Origin: a virus
Reading direction: 5' to 3' (one strand)
IMG/VR virus record: IMGVR_UViG_3300045988_029541
DNA length: 35,106 nt
Below, one piece after another: positions 1 to 8,779 of this stretch. Numbering within the stretch: the first letter of the stretch is position 1; every line of letters starts with the position of its first letter. The notes beneath the pieces were generated by a model, which saw only the letters and a program-made list of their open reading frames with translations, did no database searches and was not told the origin of the DNA. The position numbers and the translations under genes are program-made.

Positions 1-55
1 CTTCGTCGTCTGTGTCGTCTTCGTCGTCTGTGTCGTCTTCGTCGTCTGTGTCGTC
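1..55. repeat. Terminal overlap (identical to 35052-35106) lying inside an 18-nt tandem repeat (cttcgtcgtctgtgtcgt)n
   Basis: Base-by-base comparison shows the first 55 nt equal the last 55 nt. The unit is 18 nt and encodes DDTDDE on the minus strand. Confidence 0.95.
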
Positions 56-787
56 CTCGTCGTCCTTTTTCATTGCAGTTCTGTATAATTCGCGAAGTTC
101 TGTTCTGAATTCCTTCTGTTCTGCCATAGTCCTTCGCATTTGCTGCAACTGTTGCTGCATTGCCTGCATTGCATCTTCTGGATCCGCGTCTTTGCTGCTA
201 TCAACTTCGTCGGCGAATCCCATTTCCACTGCTTTTTCTGGTGTCAAATACGTTTCTTTGTTCATCATGTCGATCAACTCTTCTTCTGTCACGTTTGCGC
301 GTTCAAGATAGATCTGTCTGTTTGATTCCATGAGAACGTCCAGATCGTCTGCCGCCTTTCGCAGATCGTCTGCATTTCCCGCAATGCTCAACCACATGTT
401 GTGAATCAAAAGGCTTGTTCCCAGTCCCATGATTCGTCTGTCTGCTGCCTGCAAAATAACAGAAGCGATCGAATATGCGAACCCGTCAACATATGCGACG
501 ATCTCTTTGCATTTTTTCTGCTTCAAAAGGTTGTATATTGCAACGCCTTCTTTGACGGATCCGCCATATGAATTGATGTGAAGTTCGATCGTGTCGGATT
601 CCGACACATTTTCAAGTGCTTTTTTGAAATACTTTGCGGAAGTCTCGCTTTCTTTGTATTCCCAAGTCCACCAGTCAAATTCGCCGTATTCTGAAACGTC
701 GTCATAAATGTACAATTTTACAATATTGCTTCCCGCTTCCTGCTTGAAACAATAATGCGCTTGCGCTTGTGCCTGCTGTTTCTTCAA
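1..787 (-). CDS. Prohead (head-maturation) serine protease, ClpP/S14 family, 5' portion; continues across the window junction into 34852-35106
   Basis: It is absent from the ORF track because it runs off the left edge. Hand translation from TTG 787-785 (RBS AAGGGAG 9 nt upstream, just after the portal stop) gives ...KLYIYDDVSEYGEFDWW...IELHINSYGGSVKEGVAIYNLL...AYVDGFAYSIASVILQAADRRIMG...SLLIHNMW..., a ClpP-like core. The portal-protease-capsid gene order supports the call. The 3' part becomes (DDTDDE)n. Confidence 0.8.
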   Translation of the reverse strand, partial: MKKQQAQAQAHYCFKQEAGSNIVKLYIYDDVSEYGEFDWWTWEYKESETSAKYFKKALENVSESDTIELHINSYGGSVKEGVAIYNLLKQKKCKEIVAYVDGFAYSIASVILQAADRRIMGLGTSLLIHNMWLSIAGNADDLRKAADDLDVLMESNRQIYLERANVTEEELIDMMNKETYLTPEKAVEMGFADEVDSSKDADPEDAMQAMQQQLQQMRRTMAEQKEFRTELRELYRTAMKKDDEDDTDDEDDTDDEDDTDDE

Positions 788-789
788 CT

Positions 790-1941
790 TTATTCACTCC
801 CTTCTTGTCCAAGATGATCCATTTGTTCTGCTTCTGTGTAATTTTTTGTTATGTAGTGCTTTTGTGACCAGTCAGTCTTCAAAGCTGTGTCACCCAGTTT
901 TGTTCGAAGTTCGTCTATGCAATATAAACCACTTCGAAGAAGTCCTTCTGCGTTTGATGATTGTTCAAATACATCAATGTGCTGAATGCAGTTTGTATTT
1001 ACGTCAACATAGTTTCCTTTTGCAAACTGCTTCACGCCATATCTTTTTCGCGTGATCTCTTCGCCCAGCTTTTCGGATATTGGATCAATGGCGAATGTCA
1101 AAAAGTTTTTCGTGATCTTCTCTACGTCCGACACGTCGCCAAGTATCAAAGATTTCGGGATCCTAAACGCCCGCCCCGCAAGTTCAAATTCATAGTTGAT
1201 TCTTTCATTCAGATCTGCTGGCGTCGGTGCTGAACCGCTGTCTTTTGTAACGTCTGTGTATTTATAGCCAGAAGTCAACGGAAGAACGGCTTGCGAAGCT
1301 TCGAAGAACGGCTTGAATCTATCGTCCATAAGCGTTTGAAGTTTCTCTGTGAAGTCTTTCTGTGCTGATGTTTGTGCGTCAATATCCAGAATCCCTTTTT
1401 GCCCATGTGATCTGATTAAATTTCTGATTGACTTTGCGATCGTTTGTCCGTAACTTGTGTATGATCCTTCAAGTCGCTGCTTTACGTCAATATTATTCAG
1501 CTGCATGTATATCACTTCACTTGAAGTAAATGTCTTCTGTAGTGTCATATCTCCGATCACAATGTTTGAAAACACGTCGTCATACAAAGCATATTGTCTG
1601 CGTGAAAAATAATCTGCAACATATAGTCGTCCATTCACTTCAACAATCAGTGCTTCATTGTCATAGCACAAATTTGTAATGAATTTCTGAATCATGTCGC
1701 TGCTGTTTTCATTTTGATTCGGTTCATAATTCCACAGAAAATATTCTTCCTTTTTCTGCTGTTCGTTTTTTATGAATGTTCTGATTTCGCACTTTGCGAT
1801 TGTGCTTGCGATCATATTGACCGCGCACGCTGTCGCCAACTCTTTGAAGAAGACTTCTGTGATTTCTTCTTCGATTTGCATTTTTAATGTTATTTTTTGG
1901 TTTTTCCCGAATGCTCTTTGAAAAAAATCGCCTGCGTTCAA
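790..1941 (-). CDS. Portal protein (HK97-type by position)
   Basis: This 383-aa ORF lies directly between terL and the ClpP-type protease, the invariant HK97-like order. Its stop at 790-792 abuts the protease RBS. The call rests on position and size, not on a motif. Confidence 0.75.
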   Translation of the reverse strand: MNAGDFFQRAFGKNQKITLKMQIEEEITEVFFKELATACAVNMIASTIAKCEIRTFIKNEQQKKEEYFLWNYEPNQNENSSDMIQKFITNLCYDNEALIVEVNGRLYVADYFSRRQYALYDDVFSNIVIGDMTLQKTFTSSEVIYMQLNNIDVKQRLEGSYTSYGQTIAKSIRNLIRSHGQKGILDIDAQTSAQKDFTEKLQTLMDDRFKPFFEASQAVLPLTSGYKYTDVTKDSGSAPTPADLNERINYEFELAGRAFRIPKSLILGDVSDVEKITKNFLTFAIDPISEKLGEEITRKRYGVKQFAKGNYVDVNTNCIQHIDVFEQSSNAEGLLRSGLYCIDELRTKLGDTALKTDWSQKHYITKNYTEAEQMDHLGQEGSE

Positions 1942-1953
1942 ATTCTCACCCCC

Positions 1954-3621
1954 TTACATTGTGAATACTGGAAGAATGTCGTTGCTTGCTTGTTCTTCTG
2001 GGATCAATTCTTGTTCTGTCATAGCCGCCACAAAAGCAAAAAAACCGTCTGTTTTCCTGCTTTTTGCTTCTATTTTTTGATACTCATAATTTCCGTACTT
2101 CTTTGACTTCACTTTTTTTGTGTTATTCGTATACCAACGCATTAGCGACGAATCTCCGTACACTATATTGTGATTTCTGAAAGCACTGTCAATTATTGGT
2201 TCGACCTTTATTTTGTCGGAAGGTCTAACAAGCTTTATATTTTTATTTTCATAGCTTATTCCTAGTCGCAATAATGCGTTTTTAAGTAGTGCGTATCTGT
2301 AATCGTCAAGTGCTGTCATTTGTATCGAATATGTTCCCATTTGCTCTTCTATCCAGTCAACAATCAAATTCGGATCTATTTCTGGCGCGTCCACCATTTC
2401 AAGTTCTCCCGTTTCTTCTGGCTCTTCCAGCGGGTATTTTATTCTTGAAAGATCTGCACTGTTCTTGCACACCCACGTTTTCTGCTTCCAGACGTATTTT
2501 GCACCGCGCTTTGTCAATATTCCTGCGGAAGCAAAGTCGTTGATTTTTGTATAATCAATTCCCACGACTGCCATTTCTCCTTGAATCGGTTCTGACACTT
2601 CCTGCTTTGTCGCAAGTATGTTTTCCCAGCTTGTCAATTCAACTTCGCTGTTTCCTTGCCGCCAGTTCATTCGCTTTGTCATAAAATCACTTGAAGAAGA
2701 TCTGTTTTCGCACCACTCAACATATTCTTTGCGCGTTTCTTCAAGTAAATTCGGCAAATATTGCAATGACGGATTCGCCTTGTACCAGCATTCTTCGTCG
2801 TGAACTTCTTTTTCGTCGTCAATCATACAGATAAACGGCAAAAATCCGTTGTCCTTTGTTTCTCCGTCAAGAATACGCTTCGCTTTTTCAATTAAATCGT
2901 CCAGAACGCCGTCACATACGTCGCCGTTTGTTGTGATGTATGTCCGCCGCGGGTGTGGTTTTTTTCCAAGTGCCGTGGTAAAAACTTTGATATTATCGTA
3001 GTTTTCGTATGCGTGAACTTCGTCAAAATCAACTTTTCCAGATCGCAGTCCGTCTTTTGATTTCGCATTGTTCGTCCTATATTTGATTTTTGATTTGTTT
3101 TTTCTACCAGTGATCACTTCTTTGTTCCAGTAGAAAAATCTTTTCAATTTCTTCGTTTGTGCTGGGTTTTCAAGAATGTTGTAGATGTCGTCGAAAGAAG
3201 TGCGCGCCTGCTCTTCGGCTGTGGCGCATATATCAATATCATATTGCTTGATTTCACAATATGGACTGATCAGACAGAAGTCTTCAAAAGCAAGATAGCC
3301 GTTTTTTCCCGCTCCTCGCGCTACCAAAACCATGAGATCTGGAAAACGCGGAAGTCCGTCTTGACGGAACGTGCAGCAATGCAAAGCGAAGATGAATTTT
3401 TCCCATTCGAACAACCCAAAATCAAAATATTTCTGTAGCGACATGTATTTTTCAAGTTGTTCTGTTTTTATGATTAAATCTTCGTCTTCGAAGACTTTTT
3501 TGATAAATTTAATGAGTTTTTTTTGCCATTTTGATACTTTTTTGTACCCTTTTTTGCCTTCGTTTTCGACCATTTTTATATAGTCGGCAAGTTCTGGTAT
3601 ATCTCTATAATTCGTCGCCAT
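1954..3621 (-). CDS. terL: Terminase large subunit
   Basis: The track ORF 1954-3633 begins at a GTG. The ATG at 3621 has RBS AGGTGGTGG 6 nt upstream and overlaps the terS end. It has a Walker-A-like LVARGAGKNGY, is 555 aa, and sits between terS and portal. Confidence 0.85.
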   Translation of the reverse strand: MATNYRDIPELADYIKMVENEGKKGYKKVSKWQKKLIKFIKKVFEDEDLIIKTEQLEKYMSLQKYFDFGLFEWEKFIFALHCCTFRQDGLPRFPDLMVLVARGAGKNGYLAFEDFCLISPYCEIKQYDIDICATAEEQARTSFDDIYNILENPAQTKKLKRFFYWNKEVITGRKNKSKIKYRTNNAKSKDGLRSGKVDFDEVHAYENYDNIKVFTTALGKKPHPRRTYITTNGDVCDGVLDDLIEKAKRILDGETKDNGFLPFICMIDDEKEVHDEECWYKANPSLQYLPNLLEETRKEYVEWCENRSSSSDFMTKRMNWRQGNSEVELTSWENILATKQEVSEPIQGEMAVVGIDYTKINDFASAGILTKRGAKYVWKQKTWVCKNSADLSRIKYPLEEPEETGELEMVDAPEIDPNLIVDWIEEQMGTYSIQMTALDDYRYALLKNALLRLGISYENKNIKLVRPSDKIKVEPIIDSAFRNHNIVYGDSSLMRWYTNNTKKVKSKKYGNYEYQKIEAKSRKTDGFFAFVAAMTEQELIPEEQASNDILPVFTM

Positions 3622-3970
3622 AGTCGCCACCACCTATCGCGGCATTGGCTTTCAATCCCAGTTCCGAAAGAAGTTTCAACATTTGTGCATTCGTCTTGTT
3701 GAACATGTCCACGGCTTCGTTTTTCTTATATCCAGATTGACCGCCGCCGTTGTTGTAAGGCACGATAGTTCCACGCTTTTGTATATCTTCGACAAGTAAA
3801 GTTTTTGTGACATACATTGCCATGTAGTCGCTGATCATATCGTCGAAAAATTTGCCGAATGTTCCGTTTGCTTCCAGCTGATCCCGAAGATCTTTTTCAA
3901 TTTCTTTATACAGTTTTGACCTTGTGATCCTCTTTACGTCTTCACTTCTTGTATCTGGTTTTTTTGCCAT
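3605..3970 (-). CDS. terS: Terminase small subunit (P27-like)
   Basis: ATG 3970 is preceded by AGGGGGTGG, whereas the track start 3979 is a GTG. The ORF is 121 aa (MAKKPDTRSEDVKRITRSKLY...) and lies immediately upstream of terL, overlapping it. Confidence 0.7.
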   Translation of the reverse strand: MAKKPDTRSEDVKRITRSKLYKEIEKDLRDQLEANGTFGKFFDDMISDYMAMYVTKTLLVEDIQKRGTIVPYNNGGGQSGYKKNEAVDMFNKTNAQMLKLLSELGLKANAAIGGGDYGDEL

Positions 3971-4073
3971 ATATACCACCCCCTTACGTGCGCGCGATTA
4001 TCCGTTTTGTCTACCCCCATCCCCGATTCCCGTCCATATCCGAAAATCTGATTCTTTTTAGGTGGGGGGACTA

Positions 4074-4436
4074 TCACCAGCGTTCTTCATTCACGAAATG
4101 TTCCTTCTTGAACTCTGTCTTCACCCTTTTGTCTGGGTGTTGCTCATTGTGGCACGCTTCACACAATGGAATAAGATTGACATACTCTTTCCCGTTGTAT
4201 GTGTACGTCCTTGACATAGCAAGCCGCGGGTGCTTCCGTACCCACTGCACATGATGAACACTTCTTGCTGGTGTATGAATGCCACGCTTTTTGCACAGCT
4301 GACATTCATAATTATTTTCTTTCTTGATCTGTTCCGACAGTTCTCGCCACTCGCGCCATTTATAAAACTTTTCAAGTTTATTTTCTTTGATCAGTTGTCG
4401 GATCCATGCTTCAAGTTGGTCTTCGGTTATCGTCAT
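4074..4436 (-). CDS. HNH endonuclease (terminase-associated)
   Basis: CQLCKKRG...HHVQWV...NLIPLCEACHNEQH gives two Cys pairs plus the H-N-H residues. I start it at ATG 4436 (MTITEDQ...) because the longer track ORF would run through the terminator at 4504-4550. An HNH gene next to terS is typical of HK97-like cos phages. Confidence 0.8.
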   Translation of the reverse strand: MTITEDQLEAWIRQLIKENKLEKFYKWREWRELSEQIKKENNYECQLCKKRGIHTPARSVHHVQWVRKHPRLAMSRTYTYNGKEYVNLIPLCEACHNEQHPDKRVKTEFKKEHFVNEERW

Positions 4437-4503
4437 ACAATCACACGCTTTCAAATTGCTGGTGCTACTGTGTAGCAACACCAGCACGAAGGAAAGTATG
4501 TAA

Positions 4504-4550
4504 ACAAAAAGACACACACAACAAACCTTTCGTCGTCTGCTGTGTGTGTC
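4504..4550 (-). terminator. Intrinsic terminator separating the early block from the late operon
   Basis: The stem is 4511-4523 gacacacacaaca paired with 4538-4550 tgctgtgtgtgtc (13 bp, 1 mismatch), with a 14-nt loop. On the minus strand it is followed by TTTTTGT (4510-4504). Confidence 0.6.
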
Positions 4551-4657
4551 GTTCGTTCACGCCATTATTATACTACAAGCCTATATATTTATCAATCTTT
4601 TATTAGCTTGCCGTTCTCGCCCTCTCTGCGTGTTCTGTGACGTGTCTGTTGTGTCTC

Positions 4658-5059
4658 TTATGTGAACGGAAGCTGTTCGTCCATGTCGTCGTCAATATGC
4701 ATGAACCCGTCGTCTGGTGTCGCCTGCTGCCCTGCTGCCGCCTTGCTCTCTGCAAACTCCCATTCTTCCACAACAACGTCTGTCGTGTATACTTTTACAT
4801 TGTCCCTATTCGTGTAACTTCCCGTCTGAATTCTTCCAGATAACGCAATTTTCAAACCTTTCTTCAAATACTTTTCTGCATTCTCTGCCGACTTTCCGAA
4901 CACAACGCATGTGATAAAGTCTGCGCCTTGATCTCGTCCGCGACGATCTACCGCCAGCGTGAATCTGGCAACGCATGTTTGTTCTTGTGAACCCTGCTTC
5001 TGCGTCCAGCGTGATTCTGGATCCCTTGTCAGTCTTCCCAGCAATATGACTTTATTCAT
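4658..5059 (-). CDS. ssb: Single-stranded DNA-binding protein
   Basis: ATG 5059 opens MNKVILLGRLTRDPE..., an OB-fold SSB N-terminus. The acidic tail ends DDDMDEQLPFT, the SSB C-terminal tip motif. Confidence 0.85.
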   Translation of the reverse strand: MNKVILLGRLTRDPESRWTQKQGSQEQTCVARFTLAVDRRGRDQGADFITCVVFGKSAENAEKYLKKGLKIALSGRIQTGSYTNRDNVKVYTTDVVVEEWEFAESKAAAGQQATPDDGFMHIDDDMDEQLPFT

Positions 5060-5165
5060 TGCTCTTGTCCTTTCTTTCCTTCTTGTTTCCAATTTTACCG
5101 ATCAAAGTAATGATCACCAATGTTGTACATATGATTGCCGTGATTGCTACTGCTGTTGTATTCAT
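5052..5165 (-). CDS. Small hydrophobic peptide (37 aa, one TM helix), hypothetical
   Basis: It is below the track length cut-off. Hand translation gives MNTTAVAITAIICTTLVIITLIGKIGNKKERKDKSNE. RBS GGAAAGGAAGTG lies 6 nt upstream of ATG 5165. The stop overlaps the ssb start. Confidence 0.45.
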   Translation of the reverse strand: MNTTAVAITAIICTTLVIITLIGKIGNKKERKDKSNE

Positions 5166-5170
5166 TCGCT

Positions 5171-5386
5171 TCACTTCCTTTCCGTTGCCTTGTATGCCGC
5201 TATGATTGCGAAAGTCACTGGGAAGAAGATCCCAGCGACTACACTATATTTTTTTATTTTTTTCTTGTCCTCGTCCTCTGCTGTGTTCTGCGTCGTCTTC
5301 AAGTACATGTAAGCCCCTGCAAAAATTGCCAGTTCAACATAAATGAAGATTGCCACCGCGAAGGCGATCGCTGCTGCCATGTTCAT
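5171..5386 (-). CDS. Small membrane protein (71 aa, two TM helices), hypothetical
   Basis: MNMAAAIAFAVAIFIYVELAIFAGAYMY...VVAGIFFPVTFAIIAAY. ATG 5386 is 1 nt after the upstream stop. The longer track ORF (to 5518) overlaps the upstream gene out of frame. Confidence 0.6.
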   Translation of the reverse strand: MNMAAAIAFAVAIFIYVELAIFAGAYMYLKTTQNTAEDEDKKKIKKYSVVAGIFFPVTFAIIAAYKATERK

Positions 5387-5387
5387 T

Positions 5388-5711
5388 TCACACCCGCTTT
5401 CCGTTGAACTGTTCAAATTTCTGGAACATTGCTGCTGTCTGCACTGCTTCTGCCACCAGCTGAATCGTGATCGCGTTCGCGTCTTCCAACACAGCTTTGA
5501 ATGTTTCTTTCGTTGCATTCTGCTTTGTTAATAACCACACGTTTTTCAAGATCTCTTCTGTCTGATCGAATCTTTCTTTCAATTCTTCGAATTCTTCCAG
5601 TACAACTGCATATCCTTCATGTGTGCTTGCGAACGCTCTGAAAGCTTTGTTCGCTTCCTGCAATTCTTTTTTTACAATTTCTTCTGAATCTCTCACTAGC
5701 CCTTTTCTCAT
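5388..5711 (-). CDS. Hypothetical helical protein (107 aa)
   Basis: The ORF is tightly packed in the minus-strand operon, with a 4-nt overlap with the upstream gene. I recognised no motif. Confidence 0.6.
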   Translation of the reverse strand: MRKGLVRDSEEIVKKELQEANKAFRAFASTHEGYAVVLEEFEELKERFDQTEEILKNVWLLTKQNATKETFKAVLEDANAITIQLVAEAVQTAAMFQKFEQFNGKRV

Positions 5712-5938
5712 TTTTCACGTTCCTTTCTTGCTTTGCATTTCGCCGCAATCAACTTCAACTGTATCAATTCGCTTTCTTCCAGATATTCGCAATAACTCGC
5801 TATGTCCGAAGCCGTTTCAAATCTCTCTGCTTCTTCCTGCGTCAGTTCTTCCATTCCTTCTGGCTGCTCCTGCTCCCGCTCTTCAATCTTTGTCACTTTG
5901 ACGTCCTTCCCGTCGTCAATTTCAATAGTTATTCGCAT
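5708..5938 (-). CDS. Hypothetical acidic protein (76 aa)
   Basis: I start it at ATG 5936-5938 (MRITIEIDDGK...), which overlaps the parB stop by 10 nt. The longer track ORF would lie inside parB. Confidence 0.5.
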   Translation of the reverse strand: MRITIEIDDGKDVKVTKIEEREQEQPEGMEELTQEEAERFETASDIASYCEYLEESELIQLKLIAAKCKARKEREK

Positions 5939-6876
5939 GAAGTCACCCCACAATCTTCCAGCGCATATTCCCGCTTTCTTCTCTTGCAATCTTCCAGCAT
6001 TGCGTCCAAGCAACGCAGATCGTCTTCGCTCATGTATATATAATACTTTTCAAGCATTTTTAAAACGTGAAGTCGTCTTGCGTTTTCCTTCTCTTCTTCT
6101 GTTGTGTCGGTATCTGACACAGTTTCTTGCATTTGATCCATTGTTGCTTTGCAATGCTCTTCTTCTTTCTTTTCTTTCGCCAACTGCTTGATCTCTTCGC
6201 TTTTCACGTCCTCGCCTGCTGCCACTGCTTCTGCAATATTGTTCTGATCTTCTTCTGGAAGCCTGCTCGCTTCTGCCGCAGTCGTCAACTTCATATTTCC
6301 TTCTTTCAACTGTTCTTTTACTGCGTCAGTCGCATTATTGTTGATTCTTTCCAGATCTCCGATTGTTGCTGGTGCAACTCCCAGAATCTGTGCAATATAG
6401 TCACGCGTTCGCGTTCCCTTTTCTGGCTTGAATGTTCCGTCCTTCTTTGCCTGCTGCAAAACTTCTTTCCATTCTGCCGCCTGCGTCATTCTGTCATAGT
6501 CCGTCATTTTTCTGTTGAATGTGTTGCCGATCAGAAGTTGCATTCTGAATTCTGTTTCTGTCATGTCTCTGTATCTGCAAGGAATTTCCGCGAATTCTTC
6601 TTCGCCTTCGTTTACCAGCATTTTGATTGCTTCAAGCCTTCTGTGTCCAGATACAAGCCAGTATTCTTCGCCGATCTTTCCCAGAACAAGCGGCTGTTGC
6701 AGTTCCCCTGCCATATGAATTCCCGTCGCCAGTTCCCCGATCTCTTCCATGCTGTACTTGTTGTGTTTCGTCGCAATGATTGACTGATAATTCAGTTTGA
6801 CGTCTTTGAATGCTTCCACTGTAGCTGCTGCCGTTGTTGTTCCGTTCAGAATGTCCATAATGTTGAATCCTTCCAT
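5929..6876 (-). CDS. parB: ParB-like partition / nuclease-domain protein
   Basis: LVSGHRRLEAIKML matches the ParB N-terminal GxxRxxA box. The ORF is 315 aa and lies directly downstream of parA. Confidence 0.75.
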   Translation of the reverse strand: MEGFNIMDILNGTTTAAATVEAFKDVKLNYQSIIATKHNKYSMEEIGELATGIHMAGELQQPLVLGKIGEEYWLVSGHRRLEAIKMLVNEGEEEFAEIPCRYRDMTETEFRMQLLIGNTFNRKMTDYDRMTQAAEWKEVLQQAKKDGTFKPEKGTRTRDYIAQILGVAPATIGDLERINNNATDAVKEQLKEGNMKLTTAAEASRLPEEDQNNIAEAVAAGEDVKSEEIKQLAKEKKEEEHCKATMDQMQETVSDTDTTEEEKENARRLHVLKMLEKYYIYMSEDDLRCLDAMLEDCKRRKREYALEDCGVTSCE

Positions 6877-6882
6877 GTCCTT

Positions 6883-7629
6883 TTATTCCTTTCCCAGATA
6901 TTCTTTTGCAAGTTTTCTGTAGTCCACTGCTGCCGCGCACATCAATGAATATCTGTCAAGTGGCTCTTTGTAATATGTTGCGCTATCGACCTTCTTCGAA
7001 AATCGAATCTTCGTCTTGAAAACTGGTACTTTGCAATTTTTTCTGATCCATTCTTCCGCAGCCACGCTTTCTGGCGTTTTTATAAAGTCTGTGATCAGAA
7101 CTGTGATTTTTTTCAAGTTTTTATTTAATGCTTTCAGCTGTTCGATTGTTGCTGTAATCATTTCCGTTCCGTCTATCGCCCAGTTGTCAAGCTTTACTGG
7201 CACAATTACTTCGTCAGAAGCGCACAGCGCATTGATTACGCACATTCCGACAGCTGGTGGATTGTCAATGATACAGAAGTCGTACTGATTTGCTTTTCCT
7301 TCCAGAAACTGTTTCAATTTTACGTCCTGCCGTTCATTGCTTTTCAGCAGTTTATTTTCCGCCGTTTCCAGCGACATGTTTGCATTTATCAGATCAATTC
7401 CATGACTTGTGGTGAAAATCACTGGTTCTTCACCTTGAAGAATTCTTGCTGATCCACATGTCGCGTCTTTTATGTATTTCCCGAAAAACTGGCTTGTATT
7501 TCCCTGCTTGTCATTGTCGATCAGAAGAACACGTCTTCCCCACCGATCCCCCAGCAATGTTGACAGATTGATCGAAGTCGTTGTCTTTGCAACTCCGCCC
7601 TTCAAATTGATCACTGATATTGTTTTCAT
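6883..7629 (-). CDS. parA: ParA/Soj-family partition ATPase
   Basis: MKTISVINLKGGVAKTTTSINL carries the deviant Walker A KGGxxK[ST]. LLIDNDKQGN and CIIDNPP are also present. RBS GAAGGAAAG lies upstream of ATG 7629. Confidence 0.85.
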   Translation of the reverse strand: MKTISVINLKGGVAKTTTSINLSTLLGDRWGRRVLLIDNDKQGNTSQFFGKYIKDATCGSARILQGEEPVIFTTSHGIDLINANMSLETAENKLLKSNERQDVKLKQFLEGKANQYDFCIIDNPPAVGMCVINALCASDEVIVPVKLDNWAIDGTEMITATIEQLKALNKNLKKITVLITDFIKTPESVAAEEWIRKNCKVPVFKTKIRFSKKVDSATYYKEPLDRYSLMCAAAVDYRKLAKEYLGKE

Positions 7630-7810
7630 TCTCTTTCCTTCTTTCCTTCGATTGTTTTTTTATTCCATTTGCATGTCTTTTCGCTCCGTGTTTATCAGCC
7701 CATTCGCAAGTGTGCGCTTCTTGCTTTGTCCCATACTTTTTCCCGCATATCATACACATGTATGACACTTTCCGCGACTTTGATTTCCAGTCAAACAGTG
7801 TTTTCGGCAC
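7511..7810 (-). CDS. Small zinc-ribbon-like basic protein, hypothetical
   Basis: CMICGKKYGTKQEAHTCEW is a C2-HC metal-binding-like motif. The last 119 nt overlap parA out of frame, so the true 3' end and function are uncertain. Confidence 0.4.
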   Translation of the reverse strand: MPKTLFDWKSKSRKVSYMCMICGKKYGTKQEAHTCEWADKHGAKRHANGIKKQSKERRKENENNISDQFEGRSCKDNDFDQSVNIAGGSVGKTCSSDRQ

Positions 7811-8411
7811 TGCCTTCGCCTTTCAAGAATCTTCCAGCTATCTTTTTGAGCCAGATTATCATGTATTTGTTTACGCACATTGCACAGTCGCCTTCTTCTG
7901 GAAACGGAAGGCAGAATTCTGATTCAAAGCTTCTTCCGAACGGGCAAATCCCTTGTACTGCTGCCGCTGCAAGTGCTGACGCCATGCAGTCTGTTTCTTC
8001 CGTCATGTTCCAGCTGTTCAACGGATCTATCATGATTGTTCTTCCTTGCTGCAAATATTCTTCCAGTGTCGCTGTTGCTTCCTGCCCGCCCCAGCATACC
8101 TTCACAAGATAGCCTTGTTCGATCAAGTTGTGAATCCATTCTTCCTGCTTCTCTGTTGTCTTGTTTTTTCCGTATTTCATTTCGATATACAGCCCAGCAT
8201 ATCCGCCGCGTGGTACTGGTAAACATAGGTCTGGAACGCCTGCTTTGACGCCCATTGCTTTGAATCTTGCTGCTTCTGCTGCATTTCTTTTTCCGCCATT
8301 CGGAACATGAAAAAGAAGTTTTAATTCTGGGAATCTTCCCGTGTTCCAATTCGCCCAGTCAATGACGCCCATTTGTTCAGTGTCTTCACCGCGTTTCAAA
8401 TTTCCGTACAT
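7791..8411 (-). CDS. VRR-NUC domain nuclease with Cys-containing C-terminal extension
   Basis: FHVPNGGKRNAAEAARFKAMGVKAGVPDLCLPVP...GLYIEMKYGKNKTTEKQEEW matches the VRR-NUC PD-(D/E)xK core. The extra C-terminal region of about 80 aa contains 4 Cys. Confidence 0.75.
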   Translation of the reverse strand: MYGNLKRGEDTEQMGVIDWANWNTGRFPELKLLFHVPNGGKRNAAEAARFKAMGVKAGVPDLCLPVPRGGYAGLYIEMKYGKNKTTEKQEEWIHNLIEQGYLVKVCWGGQEATATLEEYLQQGRTIMIDPLNSWNMTEETDCMASALAAAAVQGICPFGRSFESEFCLPFPEEGDCAMCVNKYMIIWLKKIAGRFLKGEGSAENTV

Positions 8412-8425
8412 GTCGAATCCCCTTT

Positions 8426-8779
8426 CTACGCTCCGAACATCAAGTTTGCATTTGCCTTCTTCCAGATCGAATCTTCAATCTGTTTTTTCAGTCCTTCTTG
8501 CATTTCTAAAGCGTTTCTTGTTGTTATCATCAAACTTGCTGGCTGTGCTGCGCCTGCTGCCGCTTGATTGTCAGTGTATACCTGTGCTTCTGCTGTCAGT
8601 ATGAAATATTCTGCTTTGTACCACTCTGGTTCCCGCTTTTTCTCGCTCTGAATCAATACTTTCTTGACTTCTCCGAATCTGCCCTTTTCTCCGTGGCATT
8701 CCACGTCAAGAACGTCATACCATTTTTCTGGTGTCAATCCCAGTCCGTCTGTATCTCGGTTTTTCAATTTTGCTTTCAT
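8426..8779 (-). CDS. Hypothetical protein (117 aa)
   Basis: Its ATG overlaps the upstream stop (ATGA). I recognised no motif. Confidence 0.6.
   Translation of the reverse strand: MKAKLKNRDTDGLGLTPEKWYDVLDVECHGEKGRFGEVKKVLIQSEKKREPEWYKAEYFILTAEAQVYTDNQAAAGAAQPASLMITTRNALEMQEGLKKQIEDSIWKKANANLMFGA

Noticed and set aside
4437-4517. N-terminal extensions of track ORFs (HNH to 4517, repressor from 15763, integrase from 17136, Avd to 24007, SSB to 5092 and others)
   Set aside because: The extensions run through terminators, operators or upstream genes, and lack RBSs. Internal ATGs with good SD sequences that abut the upstream stop give proteins starting at the conserved N-termini.
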